DNA of 63,668 nt, filler included, from Octopus bimaculoides (lineage: Eukaryota), in assembly GCF_001194135.2 (NCBI RefSeq). It is 7 parts of 7 records of this genome, joined end to end, with 100 filler letters (N's around TTAATTAATTAA, not from the genome) between each part and the next. Parts side by side here need not be neighbours in the genome. Positions count along the whole stretch, not along the records: positions 15,080 to 25,256 come from NC_068992.1; positions 25,357 to 43,585 come from NC_068989.1; 5 more parts are not named here. The stretch is one strand, 5' to 3'. The position numbers and the translations under genes were made by a program. The notes under the pieces are model-generated. The model saw only the letters and a list, made by a program, of their open reading frames with translations, was not told the origin of the DNA and ran no database searches. Of this stretch, positions 15,499 through 27,830 are shown piece after piece (within the stretch, counting starts at the first letter, position 1; every line of letters begins with the position of its first letter).

Positions 15499-16164
15499 CA
15501 TGTATGTATGCAGAATACCTGCATACATATACACATACATCTGACATTATCCGGTTGCTGAATATAGAGGTAGTTGGTTTGTCTTTTTTATTTTGTTACA
15601 GTAAATGACTTATTGCAAGTTTTTACGTAATTCTTTTTGGTATCCTGTTAGGGTGATGCAGGTATTTAAGAGTGCGTTTATTGACAATGATAATTTTGTG
15701 ATTTGTCTTTTATTTCATTTATTTTCTTGCAATTTTAAATTGATATACAATGCATAAAACACAAGCGATTCTAATAGAAATGGGTTTTTGTTTCTCTAGA
15801 GCTCTGAGTAAAAACAACACTTCTTGTTCTGCAGTTTGTTTGTTAATGGAATAGATATCTTCCTGACCCAGCACGTGAGCATTCAACAGAGTGCCAACCA
15901 TAAGAGAAACATAGATTTGTCAGTTCAAACTCTAGCAATTTCATCAAAGAGTATTGTCGATGGTCATAGAAAAAATATTATAGGCAACTAAAAGTGTTTG
16001 AATTGAAAAAATGTAATTTAGGACAGGAATTTGGCAACCTTTATCATGAAATGGATCTCCTGACACATGTCTCATCATTTGAAAAGCTACATTACTAAAA
16101 ACAAAACTTTAAAGTAAATATTTCATTAAGTATGATATTCAGATTGCCCTTGATTAGTTTAGGA

Positions 16165-16413
16165 CAGTGGTTTTCAACCAGTTTTTGCTTGTGGACCCCT
16201 TTGAGTCCTTGTTTTCTCCACTGGACCCTCATAGCCATTCATTCTTTTAAAAATCTTATATTTTCATAATTAAATATCAGTGGGAATTTTATAAAAGAAA
16301 ATCGTTAAACTATTTTGTGTATTATAGAACCTATTTATTGCACATGAACTTCAGCAAAAAAATATCTTATATAGACCTCCAAGGGTCATGTGGACCCCAG
16401 TTGAAAGCCACTG
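16165..16413. mobile_element. hAT (Charlie-like) MITE
   Basis: TIRs cagtggttttcaac / gttgaaagccactg. Flanked by an 8-bp TSD gtttagga (16157-16164) / gtttaggg (16414-16421), 7 of 8 matching. Confidence 0.85.
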
Positions 16414-16719
16414 GTTTAGGGAAATGTATAGAATGTAAACATCCTCTCCCTTGTTGCAACCAATCAAAAATGGTGGTTCCAAACACATGAGGTTATAAAA
16501 ATTATGACAGACGTTCTTGTACTGTTACATAGTTTTGGTGTATCTAAGCTTCATAGAAACATGACATGTGCTCCTACTTTCACTTTCAAACTGATGAGAG
16601 ACAGCAATGGGCTAAAGAGAATTTTCTATTATTTCTTATCTTTTACTTGTTCCAGTCATTCAACCGTGGCCATGCTGGGGCACCACCTTGAAGGGTTTCA
16701 GTCAAATGAATTGACCATG

Positions 16720-17003
16720 GCAGTGTGGTAAGACGTTTGCTTCCCAATCACATGATTTCAGGTTCAATTCCATTGCATGGCATCTTGGACAAGTGTCTTC
16801 TGCTACAGCTCCGGGCCAATCAAAACCTTGCAAGTGGATTTGGTAGACGGAAACTGAAAGAAGATCATCCTACTCATTGTGTGTGTGTGTAGTGGGTGTG
16901 TGAGAATGTATGTAGTGTGTGTGTTTTAATGTTTGTGTAAACCAGTGTTGGTCTGTTTATATCCCCGTAACTTTACCATTTGATAAAAGAGGCTGATAGA
17001 ATA
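16720..17003 (+). mobile_element. SINE family A, diverged; preceded by a minus-strand family A tail at 16630-16697
   Basis: cttggacaagtgtcttc...gtggatttggtagacggaaactgaaagaag...gatagaataa. Confidence 0.75.
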
Positions 17004-17329
17004 ATACAACATATGGATTTATATAATCCAGTGGTACTCACAAAAAAGTTCTTTTAATGGACCAGGATATAAACCACATACTTAACCAATACATAGGAGT
17101 GTTATGCAGATGAAATCCAGTAAATCCAATCATTGAAAATTATTTCATGAGGAGTATATAGAATATAAAAAAATGGCAGGAGGTAGGAGATAATATATTT
17201 ATTTCACCAATTGATATCCATAATATATCAATGAATATCCTATGGATATCAACTGTTGAAATAAGTATATTTATCTCATATCTCCTGATTTTCTTTATAT
17301 TTTAAATATATATATATATATATGTGTGG

Positions 17330-17573
17330 GTGGCACATAAAAGACACCATTTCGAGTGTGGCCGTTGCCAGTATCGCCTGACTGGCCTTCGTGCGGGTGA
17401 CACGTAAAAGCACCTACTACACTCTCTGAGTGGTTGGCGTTAGGAAGGGCATCCAACTGTAGAAACTCTGCCAAATTTAGATTGGAGCCTGGTGTTGCCA
17501 TCCTGTTTCACCAGTCCTCAGTCAAATCGTCCAACCCATGCTAGCATGGAAAGCGGACGTTAAATGATGATGA

Positions 17574-17577
<4 letters not shown>
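17330..17577 (+). mobile_element. Retroposon family C with (ATG)n tail
   Basis: ggttggcgttaggaagggcatcc...ccaacccatgctagcatggaaagcggacgttaaatgatgatgatg. A related copy lies at 61620-61755. Confidence 0.7.
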
Positions 17578-17606
<29 letters not shown>

Positions 17607-18246
17607 GGAGTAAGCACATGAAATGTGCAACAAGGTGGAAANNNNNNNNNNNNNNNNNNNNNNNNNNNNNNNNNNNNNNNNNNNNNNNNNNNNNNNNNNN
17701 NNNNNNNNNNNNNNNNNNNNNNNNNNNNNNNNNNNNNNNNNNNNNNNNNNNNNNNNNNNNNNNNNNNNNNNNNNNNNNNNNNNNNNNNNNNNNNNNNNNN
17801 NNNNNNNNNNNNNNNNNNNNNNNNNNNNNNNNNNNNNNNNNNNNNNNNNNNNNNNNNNNNNNNNNNNNNNNNNNNNNNNNNNNNNNNNNNNNNNNNNNNN
17901 NNNNNNNNNNNNNNNNNNNNNNNNNNNNNNNNNNNNNNNNNNNNNNNNNNNNNNNNNNNNNNNNNNNNNNNNNNNNNNNNNNNNNNNNNNNNNNNNNNNN
18001 NNNNNNNNNNNNNNNNNNNNNNNNNNNNNNNNNNNNNNNNNNNNNNNNNNNNNNNNNNNNNNNNNNNNNNNNNNNNNNNNNNNNNNNNNNNNNNNNNNNN
18101 NNNNNNNNNNNNNNNNNNNNNNNNNNNNNNNNNNNNNNNNNNNNNNNNNNNNNNNNNNNNNNNNNNNNNNNNNNNNNNNNNNNNNNNNNNNNNNNNNNNN
18201 NNNNNNNNNNNNNNNNNNNNNNNNNNNNNNNNNNNNNNNNNNNNNN

Positions 18247-18291
<45 letters not shown>

Positions 18292-18706
18292 ATATATATG
18301 TGTGCGTGTGTGTGTGTGTGGATATACACACACACATGCTCACACATACACACACACATACATATATATTTAGATAAAGACAGTTATGGCCGATATACTC
18401 TACTGCTCTATTACACAGAGTGTGGTTCTCTTTCTGATTTATGATTTACTGACGATATATATATATGTATATATATATATAAATGGCTGATGATTCACTC
18501 TATTAGTTCCTGAAAGACCACATTGAGTGAAAAATCTTGAGTTGAAATGGAATTTATAATGAGCTTCATGTGTATATGCATGTAAGCTAGCAAGTGTATG
18601 TACATATGTGTAGATGTTTGTGTGTGTGTGTATGAGTATATATCTGCGAGCATGTCTATGTCTGTGTGTGAACGTATATGTTTGTATCTGTACAGATTTG
18701 TAAATA

Positions 18707-18751
<45 letters not shown>

Positions 18752-18904
18752 GCATATATTCACGTGTGATAAATGATTGAGGGAAAGAAACATCTGCTCT
18801 GAGCTAATTTATCATCAGAAATATTTTTACAGGAAAATATTTTTCTGGAAAATAATTCCATATAAATCTTCTTTATGTTTTAATGATAGGTATGGCTGTG
18901 GAAT

Positions 18905-19330
18905 GGATGCAGGCTTAGTTGTGTGATTTAAGAAACTCAATGTGCAACCATATCGTTTTGGGTTCAGTCCCACTCTGTGGCACCTTGGTTAAGTGTCTTA
19001 ATACTATAACCTTGTTCTGACTAATAACTTGCGAAGGAATTTGATAGACAGAAGCTATTTACAAGTCCATCCTATGAATGTGTGTGTGTGTGTGATGTAT
19101 GTGTGTATGTACGTCAATGGGGTTGGTGCTTTTGTATTTGTACTCTCCATTGCTTGACAACTTGTGTTGGTTTGTTCATGTCCCTATATAACATTAGTAT
19201 TTTGGCAAAACAGACTGACAGAATAAGTGCCATGTTTTAAAAATAAGCAATGGGATCTATTTGCTTGACTAAACCCTTCAAAGCTGTACTCCAGCATGGC
19301 CACAGTCCAATGACCGAAACAAATGAATGA
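18905..19330 (+). mobile_element. SINE family A, old near-full-length copy
   Basis: gggttcagtcccactctgtggcaccttgg head through ccagcatggccacagtccaatgaccgaaac tail. Confidence 0.75.
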
Positions 19331-19924
19331 ATATATATATATATATATATATATATANNNNNNNNNNNNNNNNNNNNNNNNNNNNNNNNNNNNNNNNNNN
19401 NNNNNNNNNNNNNNNNNNNNNNNNNNNNNNNNNNNNNNNNNNNNNNNNNNNNNNNNNNNNNNNNNNNNNNNNNNNNNNNNNNNNNNNNNNNNNNNNNNNN
19501 NNNNNNNNNNNNNNNNNNNNNNNNNNNNNNNNNNNNNNNNNNNNNNNNNNNNNNNNNNNNNNNNNNNNNNNNNNNNNNNNNNNNNNNNNNNNNNNNNNNN
19601 NNNNNNNNNNNNNNNNNNNNNNNNNNNNNNNNNNNNNNNNNNNNNNNNNNNNNNNNNNNNNNNNNNNNNNNNNNNNNNNNNNNNNNNNNNNNNNNNNNNN
19701 NNNNNNTATATATGTAGGGGAAGAAAATGGATATAATAACAATGGGAAACTCATGGTTTTCGCTGGTATGTCTTTAATTAAATAGATAACAAAGGAGGAA
19801 GAAGCAGAGATGAGAGTAGCATTTACGATAGTTTCAATTTACTGGTTTAAGCAAATCTGTTCAGAATGTGAATAGATTTACTTAAACCAGTAAATTGAAA
19901 CGATCATAAATGCTTCTCTCATCT

Positions 19925-20036
19925 TTGTTTGGTCTGAGGCTATAGTGGAAGACACTTGCCCAAGGTGCCACACAGTGGGACTGAACCCAGAACCATGTGG
20001 TTGGGAAGCAACCTTCTTACCACACAGCCACACCTA
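19925..20036 (-). mobile_element. SINE family A head
   Basis: Reverse complement of gtggctgtgtggtaagaagg...gggttcagtcccactgtgtggcaccttgggcaagtgtcttc. Confidence 0.8.
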
Positions 20037-20172
20037 TAATGATCAGTATCGTAATTTTTTTTTTTTTTTTTTTCCCTAAATTCAAAACAACTTTTATAAA
20101 TCTGTAAATAACTTTATTTTCCAGAGAAACCACGCCGGATGATTTGAAAGGCGGTGCAGGCCCCACAAGCCG

Positions 20173-20347
20173 ATGACGTCATTCATTCTACATCTCACAA
20201 AGATTGAAGAGAAGGATCCAGAGAACGATGACGTAACACATCCACAGAGTTTCCAAGAAGAACTCGCTCGATGTTACTCCGTATCCGAAGACTTCCAATC
20301 GTTCCGTAGAAGTTTCGTATCGTTTCTAGGGAAACGTTATTGCCAAA
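20173..20347 (+). CDS. TMEM272-like membrane protein, first coding exon (MTSFILHL...FLGKRYCQ)
   Basis: Acceptor ttattttccAG at 20123-24; in-frame stop at 20140 then ATG at 20173; open frame to a phase-1 donor A|GTGAGA at 20348. Joins in frame to 23564. Confidence 0.55.
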
Positions 20348-20939
20348 GTGAGATTTTCAAGAATCTTCATTTTCTCTTTCTTTTACACAAAGATGTTTCC
20401 TTCTACCGTCATTTTATATCTTTCTTGTTCTTGTTGTTGTGTGTTTTGTGTGTGTATATGTGTATATGTTTTGGGTGTTTGTTTCATGTGTATATGTGTT
20501 TTGTGTATGTGTCGGTTCTGTGTGTGTGTGTGTTTTGTGCATGTGTGTTTTGGGTTTGTTTGTTTCATGTATGTGTATGTTTTCTGTGTATTTGTGTGTG
20601 ATAGTATGTGTTTATGTTATGTGTGTGTTTTGTGTGTCTGAGTATGTTGTGTATGTTTTGTGTGTGTGTGTGTTTGTGTGTTTTGTGTGTGTGTGTGTGT
20701 GTGTGCACGTGTCTGAGCATGTTTTGTGTGTGTGTGTGTATGTGCACGTATCTGTACATGTTTTATGCATCAGTGCATCTGTGCGTATGCATGTATTTTC
20801 TGTGTGTGCATCTATTTTGTGTGTATATATGTGTGTTGTGTGTGTGTATGTGTGTTGTGTGTACATGTGCACAGTTTTTGTATGTTTTGTCTGTGTATTG
20901 TGTGTGTGTGCATTTACTTTGTGTGTGTGTGCATGTGTT

Positions 20940-20983
<44 letters not shown>

Positions 20984-22344
20984 TTGATGTGTGTGTCTTT
21001 AAGGTATTATACGGTAGATCAATATCTGCAATTCTCCATAGAAATACAAGTTTATGAAAGTTTGTGTTGATGCTTAACAAAAGAAGGCAACCTTACAGAA
21101 TAGTGTTGTTCCACCATTATAATACTGAACTAAACAGGTTAGCATGCAGTTTAGCATTGTAAAAAAAGGTGAAAGTAAATTGTCCTAAAAAATATGAAAG
21201 TAAATTGTGATAAAAACTAGCAGTGATGATTGTGACGTGCCAAAATTTCATAAATATGACACAAAGAACAATGCTACGTCCACAGGCATTTACATCTATA
21301 GCATACTCTATTGATATATTTGAAGTATTTCGCAAATAGCAGCCGAGGTACACTATTCCAACGTGCTATACCCAGCAATGAACACTTTTGGGAAGGCAAT
21401 TTGGTGGCTTGCATGTTGATGCATTATAGCCAACACAGCTATATATGAGCATTGCAATAATTCTTCACAGTTAATGAGCTACGAACTGATTGGAAATGGT
21501 GGCATTCCTGTGGAGTCACTTGAAATATACAAGCCAATTCTATTTTTGAGGAAGAACCATTTGACGCTACCAATAATGATTCAGCTAGTGTACATGTGAG
21601 TAAGAGACTGTCATCACTTACAATTTCTGTCGCAGTTTACTTTCATATTTTTAAATGATTTACTTTCATATTTTTTAAACAGTTTACTTTCACTTTTTTA
21701 TGTTAAATTGCATGTTAACCAACTAAACCTGCTTGTATTCGTTATTACTAAATCAAATCTTGATCTCCCTTATCACAACTGACAAAGTAGCCTCCAAACA
21801 GTCACTTAACCTGTTAGAAATAGCAGTCAAATTTCCCTTTTTGATTTGCAAAAAATAATTCATTTGCTTGTATTTTTTTTATTTTCATTTCTCTTCAAAA
21901 ATTTTCTTCCTTTCGGTTTTTGTCAAGATTTGGCTATAAACTTCCTCCCTGTTCGACATAATTTTATTGGCTTTTTTTTTTTTCCTTCTTTAGATATAAT
22001 TAGGCAGAACAAGATTTCTGTCTATTTTCGTCTAGCTGGCTCACAATAAAAGACGTAAATATTTACCACCTTCCAAGATAATCACTCATTATTATAAACA
22101 TGAGGCAAACTTCAAGATTATAACTTCAGGACTGTCGAAAACAGACTAAGAGAAATAAATTAGACATTCCAATAGTCATCATACCCATAATATTATCCAT
22201 TAAATTTGCGAAACAAGGTTAACAGCAAGAAAATCTAGACTCAGAAAGAAAAAGAAAATGGTGCCTGGAGTTCCTTGTAACAACAAAGAATTCAATTAAG
22301 TTCTCCACCATTTATTTCCACCTCCACCTGTTCTTGTTTTATTT

Positions 22345-22893
22345 TTCATCTTTTACTTGTTTCTATCATTGGACTGTGGTCATGCTGGGGCACTGCCTTG
22401 AAGGGTTTTAGTCAAAGGAATCATCTGTAGGACTTTTTTTTTAAAAGCTTGGTACTTTATTCTATCAGTCTCTTATGTTACAGGATGAAAACAAACCAAC
22501 ACCAGTTGTCAAGATACAACACACACACACACATATTCTTTTATTCTTTTACATGTTTCAGTCATTTGACTGCAGCCATGCTGGGGCACCGCCTTAAGCC
22601 TAGTACTTATTCTATCGGTCTCTTTTGCTGAATCACTAAGTTACAGGGATGTAAACACACCAACATCGGTCGTCAAGGGATGGTAGGGGGACAAACATGG
22701 ACATGCACACGCATACATACATCTATATATATGATGGGCTTCTTCCAGTTTCCGTCTACCAAATCCACTTGCAAGGCTTTGGTTAGCACAAGGCTATGGC
22801 AGAAGACACTTCCCAAAGGTGCCACACAGTAAGACTGAACCCAGAACCATGTGGTTGGGAAGCAAGCTTCTTACCACATAGCCATTTCTGCAC
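22345..22893 (-). mobile_element. Two adjacent SINE family A pieces (tail at 22345-22517; near-full copy at 22535-22893)
   Basis: Reverse complement of the family A head, body and tail motifs. Confidence 0.8.
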
Positions 22894-22894
22894 C

Positions 22895-22928
<34 letters not shown>

Positions 22929-23354
22929 TTCATTTCAAATTTTGGCTCCAGGCTAGTAATTTCAGGGAAAATGAAATTTTAATTTAAGTTTTTCATTTAG
23001 ATAATTTTAAAACAGGGAGTTTGTATCATTAAACCAGGGTTGGTCTGGGACAAGTTGGTATCAAAAAGGGTTAAAGAATAATCTTCGTTATTTTATTGCT
23101 ATCAGCTGTCTGTAGATGAAACTATGGCCTCTTCATGTCACAATTCTTTCTGTGTAAAATAGTATCAGCTGGTTGCAAGTCATCACAGAAAAAGCTCTTT
23201 TTATTTCAGAGGTTTCCTTCTCTTAGATGGACCATCTTCACAATGACTGGTGAGCACCATCTCCTCATGACTACAATGCATGGCTGTTGACTGAGTTCCT
23301 TCATCATGTGGTTACCAGTTTAGTTGCTGACCATGCAACAGGTTGTACTTGGTT

Positions 23355-23510
23355 ACAAAAGACTTCTTTCAGTTTCCATCCACCAAAACCACTTGCAAGG
23401 TTTTGTCCAAGGCTATAGTAGAAAACACTTGCCCAAAGTACCATGCAGTGGGACTGAACCTGGAACCATGTGGTTGAGATGCAAACTTATTACCATACCA
23501 ACAGCCATGT
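23355..23510 (-). mobile_element. SINE family A 5' half
   Basis: cttctttcagtttcc...cacttgcccaaag...gtgggactgaacc. Confidence 0.75.
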
Positions 23511-23563
23511 CTGTGTTTGATGAAATTCTTATGATTTCTTCCTTTTTTTATTCTTTCTTGCAG

Positions 23564-23632
23564 ATTGTGTCATTGATCCAATGAGTTTTGTGTTTGGAAT
23601 ATGGTGCGTTGGTGTATTTATGGTCTCTATAG
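23564..23632 (+). CDS. TMEM272-like, exon 2 (CVIDPMSFVFGIWCVGVFMVSIG)
   Basis: Strong acceptor tttttttattctttcttgcAG; 69 nt, phase 1-1; donor AG|GTAACG; hydrophobic open frame. Confidence 0.7.
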
Positions 23633-24504
23633 GTAACGGGTTTATTTTTTGCATATTATTTCTTTTTTAGACATGTGTAGATTCATGGTCTCTCACACAG
23701 AAGAGAATTCCATAATCCATTGTGCCATATTAATATTTGATTGTAGAACAGCCATTTCATAACACAGTATGCTAATTAAATTCATTTTATATTTACAGTG
23801 AATTTAACTGGTTCCTTGCACTGGTTTAATCAGCCATTATTAGATGCTAAAAAAAAACAATAGACTGGCAGAGTCATTAGAGAGTTGGATAAATTACTTC
23901 GTATCATTAGTTTTGACTTTCTGCACTCTGAGTTCAAATCTCACCAACATCAACTGTGTCTTTCATTCTTTCTAGGGTTGATAATATCAAATACCAATTC
24001 ATAGTGGTGAAGCGACCGAAGTGTTAGTGGTTAGAGCAAGACACCCTTGCGGTGTCTGCCCAGGTGTTCTAATAACAACAATGCTCTCAACAACACAGGT
24101 GCCAAGCTGTATAGGCTAAGACTGTGGAGATTTCCCTTGGGTAAACATTGGTGGTATGGAAAGCTATATGTATGGTTAGCTATTAGTCTTTTCCTTTGTT
24201 AGGCCTACAATACATGTGCAGAAGGATGGTCAACATTGACCAATAGACTCCATACATTATTTATTAAATCCATTGTTCACCTTATCGAGTCAACTTCACA
24301 TTCAACTTATTTCTGTTTTGCAAAAAAATGTCTGAAAGAGTTTTTAATTTGGTGATTCATGGTTCAAATTCCACTGTCATTCAACTTGTCAACTATTTCT
24401 CCAGAGTTTGATAACATTAGTCCCTAGAGCCATTAATTAAACACCAGTTTGTAAGTAAACATAATCTTCTACTTAAACCAAATAAAATATTTATCTCTTA
24501 ACAG

Positions 24505-24726
24505 GTGTGGTGTTTTTAATCACGTGTTCTGGAAGTCGAATGGCTACCTACTATCTGATTTCCGATGGCATCCTCTCCATATTTTTTTATCCTTTGCTGT
24601 TTGCATACTGGCCCTTGTGGATGGGCTTATCAAGCCCCGACTCTTACGAAGATGATCCAGATGATTCTAATGCATTTAGATGGTGGCTTGCAGTTCTAGT
24701 GATACGCCTTCTCACCTTAATTGCCA
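24505..24726 (+). CDS. TMEM272-like, exon 3 (VVFLITCSGSRMATYYLISDGILSIFFYPLLFAYWPLW...DSYEDDPDD...WWLAVLVIRLLTLIA)
   Basis: Acceptor tttatctcttaacAG; donor A|GTAAGT; 222 nt, phase 1-1. The spliced motif M-x2-IG-x2-FL-x2-C-x8-YL-x3-GI and the acidic loop align without gaps to TMEM272 as I recall it. Confidence 0.8.
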
Positions 24727-24976
24727 GTAAGTTAACATTGTTGTCTAACTTCTTCCTCACACCATTTAAAACACCTTAAATATTTAATCGCTTCAACCAA
24801 TCAATTACCACTATTTTGTTTCTCACCAAATACAGTCTTTCTTTGTAGTTGTTGTTATTGTTTAATTTCAGTTTAGTTCTAATCAACCAGAGTTGTGGCC
24901 ATCCATAATGTTTATCTTAATGTAAACCCTTTGTGGTCAATACAGAAATCATCATCATTGTCATCATCATCTATTA

Positions 24977-25187
24977 TGCTGGATGGGGTGCTGAGCACCC
25001 CTGTTTGAAAATACAAGGACACAGATACTGTGTCATATAGCCAGCCGGAAATACCATTTCCTGGGGCTAAACAACAGTAACATTCGTCCCATCCAGGACT
25101 GCCACATTAAGTTGGCAAATAGTCTTTACTTTAAAGTAGTTACTGAATCTCTCTCTTCGAGGGATTTAGAAATAATAATGTTTCTAT
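24977..25187 (+). repeat. Dispersed, diverged copy of the 344-bp hammerhead-bearing monomer (lacks the ribozyme part)
   Basis: tttgaaaatacaaggacac...atttcctggggctaaacaacagtaacattc...ggactgccacattaagttg...gatttagaaat..tttctat aligns collinearly to 61242-61453. Confidence 0.7.
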
Positions 25188-25769
25188 TCATACACACATA
25201 TATATATATACCAGTGGCGTGCGGTGACTTCCGGGGTTGTGCATGCAATGAATTTCNNNNNNNNNNNNNNNNNNNNNNNNNNNNNNNNNNNNNNNNNNNN
25301 TTAATTAATTAANNNNNNNNNNNNNNNNNNNNNNNNNNNNNNNNNNNNNNNNNNNNAAGAGTAGGGGTGAAGAGAAGTGGGAGTGGAGAGAAGTATGAAG
25401 AGAGGTGAAGAGACGTACAAAGAAGTAGGAATCGGAGCAGGAGGTGGGGGAGGGGAGAGATGGGTGGTAGGAGGGAGGGTGGAGGAGAGAGACAGGAGGA
25501 GGGGGTTAGATGAAGAGTGAAGGGGAGTTGAGCCCATGTGGCGCAAAGGAGCGAAGATAGAAGATTAATCCCTGTTCACGGCGCAAACGGGAGTCCGGAT
25601 GGCCCCTGTGCATGGACAATCCAAACACAGACAGGTGTTGCCGCAAGGAGTGGCCGGCATATATATATATAATTGTTAAAGAAGCCAGCCAAGCGTTGAG
25701 GTAAGGCAAACATCTCACGTTATATACAATATTATTATTGCAAACAAATTCAAAGTCTTGCAGCTGTTT

Positions 25770-27261
25770 TGGGAATATCCCAGACTATGGCATAGAAAAA
25801 ACTAGAAAACTCTTACGCCAACTTCAACCTATCTATCTCTTTTGAAAACTCTTACAGGCCAACAATTTTTCTAGATGTTACATTAGATCTAAACTCTTCA
25901 CTATACTTCCCATATTATAAACCCAATCAAGAGCTTAAGTACATCAACACAGAATCAAGCCATCTTAAATCTACTTTCGAGCGTATAATCAAAGGCATAT
26001 TCATCAGAATATCCGATTTATCCCCACTGAGGAAAGCTTCAGTAACTACGCCAATTACTACAATCAAGCTCTAGCTGTTAGTGGTTTCTCCCAGAAGATT
26101 AGATTTATACCCAACACTAGATTTAAGGAACACCTCTCGAAAGTTAGCCCAAGACAAACGCGCACTAATATTGAAAATCCAAATCCTCCTACTATGAGTA
26201 GACAATCTCGCCCACCTAGCACCCACACGCATAACACTCGATCTAAGAACACTAATACTAATATTAAACCTTCCAGCTCTCCTCTAATATTAACTAGGAA
26301 TTTCACTTCTCCAAACTTGCCTAATCAAAGCGGTGGGAGATCTATTCTCTGATATACACCTTCATTCGGTTTAAACGTTAAGGGCTTCGCTAAAGCATTC
26401 TTTAAAATAGTAGAATCTAATTTCCAACGTAATCACAAGTACCATTCTATCTTTAACAGATTCACTTTGAAATTATCCTATTCATCTACACCAAATATAG
26501 AATCAATTATCACCTCATCTTACAAACGTAAACCTAGCTCTTACTATCTAAATACAAAGAACCCTACCATAGACCTACACAATGAAAACACTAACACTGA
26601 TCGCAGTAACCTATCTAAAACCCCTGGCCCAACCACTTTAAACAACTTAAACATACATAATATAGTCCCCACCTCGAAGGGTAATGGGCGCACAGCTAAA
26701 ACCGACGCAAACGTGAAAGGGCATACTGAAACTATACTACACTATAAATATACTATTTATATTATAACCACTACAACTAATAATACCTATACTGCAACTA
26801 CTAATAGGACTAGCAATAATATTAATACTAGCACCAACGGCAATATTACCATTACTGAAAATAATAATACTACTTACACTACTACTACTACTACTACTAC
26901 TACAAACGTTACTACTAATAGTTGTAATAATAACATCACTAATACCATCCCCACTACCACTGCTAATACTAACTACTACCAATAATGCTACTACTGCTGC
27001 TGCTGCCATTACTACTGTTGCTACTACTACTACTACTACTACTAATAATAATAATAATAATTATTATTATTATTACTACTACTACTATTATTATTATTAT
27101 CATCATCATCATCACAGCGATGCCGAAAACGGTAATGACGATAATAATAACATTGGTAACGCTGGCGTTGATATTGATATTGCTTCTAGAGATGACGGCA
27201 ATAATAATAGCAATACCACGAACGATTCACCTAATACTACCCTAGCCACTACCAGCACTAC

Positions 27262-27294
<33 letters not shown>

Positions 27295-27830
27295 AATTAA
27301 CCATCGTAGAACTGATAGCTGCAACTGCAGATCTAAGACAGACTGTCCGCTGCAGACCAAGTGCAACAGATTCAATGTTAACAGCATAGTAAATAACTGC
27401 TATAGATGCTACATTGGATCTACCACAAGTTTAAACAAATATATTATGCACATTTAAACTCGTTTAAATATAAAGAGAATAGAAATTCCATATCACTAGC
27501 CAGCCACGTACACCATCTAATTAATGGAAAAATAAAATGTAGACTTTCCTGGGCTATAATAGCCTCTGGTATCCCACATCAGAGTCAGCACTCCGTTTGT
27601 GGGCTCTGCTTAAAAGAAGCCCTCAAAATTTTAACCCATAACTCACCACAATTGCTTAGTAAACACAACGAAGCCTTCACAACGTGTAAGCACAAATTCT
27701 TTCATAAATTTAAATGTAAGTTCACCCTCAGCCCGAATAACACATATATACTAACCTCCACGATCATTAACATATACCTCTCTATATGTCTTTTATCAAC
27801 CTTACCTCATCACTTTATAAGATGAATATT
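25770..27830 (+). mobile_element. Penelope-like element (RT C-terminus plus GIY-YIG endonuclease), degenerate and split by microsatellites at about 26730-27300
   Basis: IFLDVTLDLNSSLYFPYYKPN...YNQALAVSGF; IFNRFTLKLSYSSTPNIESII; CNCRSKTDCPL...YIGST; NSISLASHV..LSWAII..CGLCLKEA..LLSK..E...CKH. Confidence 0.85.

Noticed and set aside
15601-15660. Segment with a good acceptor and donor, possibly a 5' UTR exon of the TMEM272-like gene
   Set aside because: Closed in all three frames; cannot be supported without transcript data.
17490-17520. CTGAGGA...GAAAC on the minus strand
   Set aside because: No stem II can form; it lies within retroposon family C.
20305-20340. RR-SFVSFL-G-KR reading as an amidated neuropeptide
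   Set aside because: No signal peptide, a single occurrence, and the segment splices into a multi-pass membrane protein.
21060-21640. Unique-looking segment suspected to be a transposase remnant
   Set aside because: No recognisable motif in any frame by eye.
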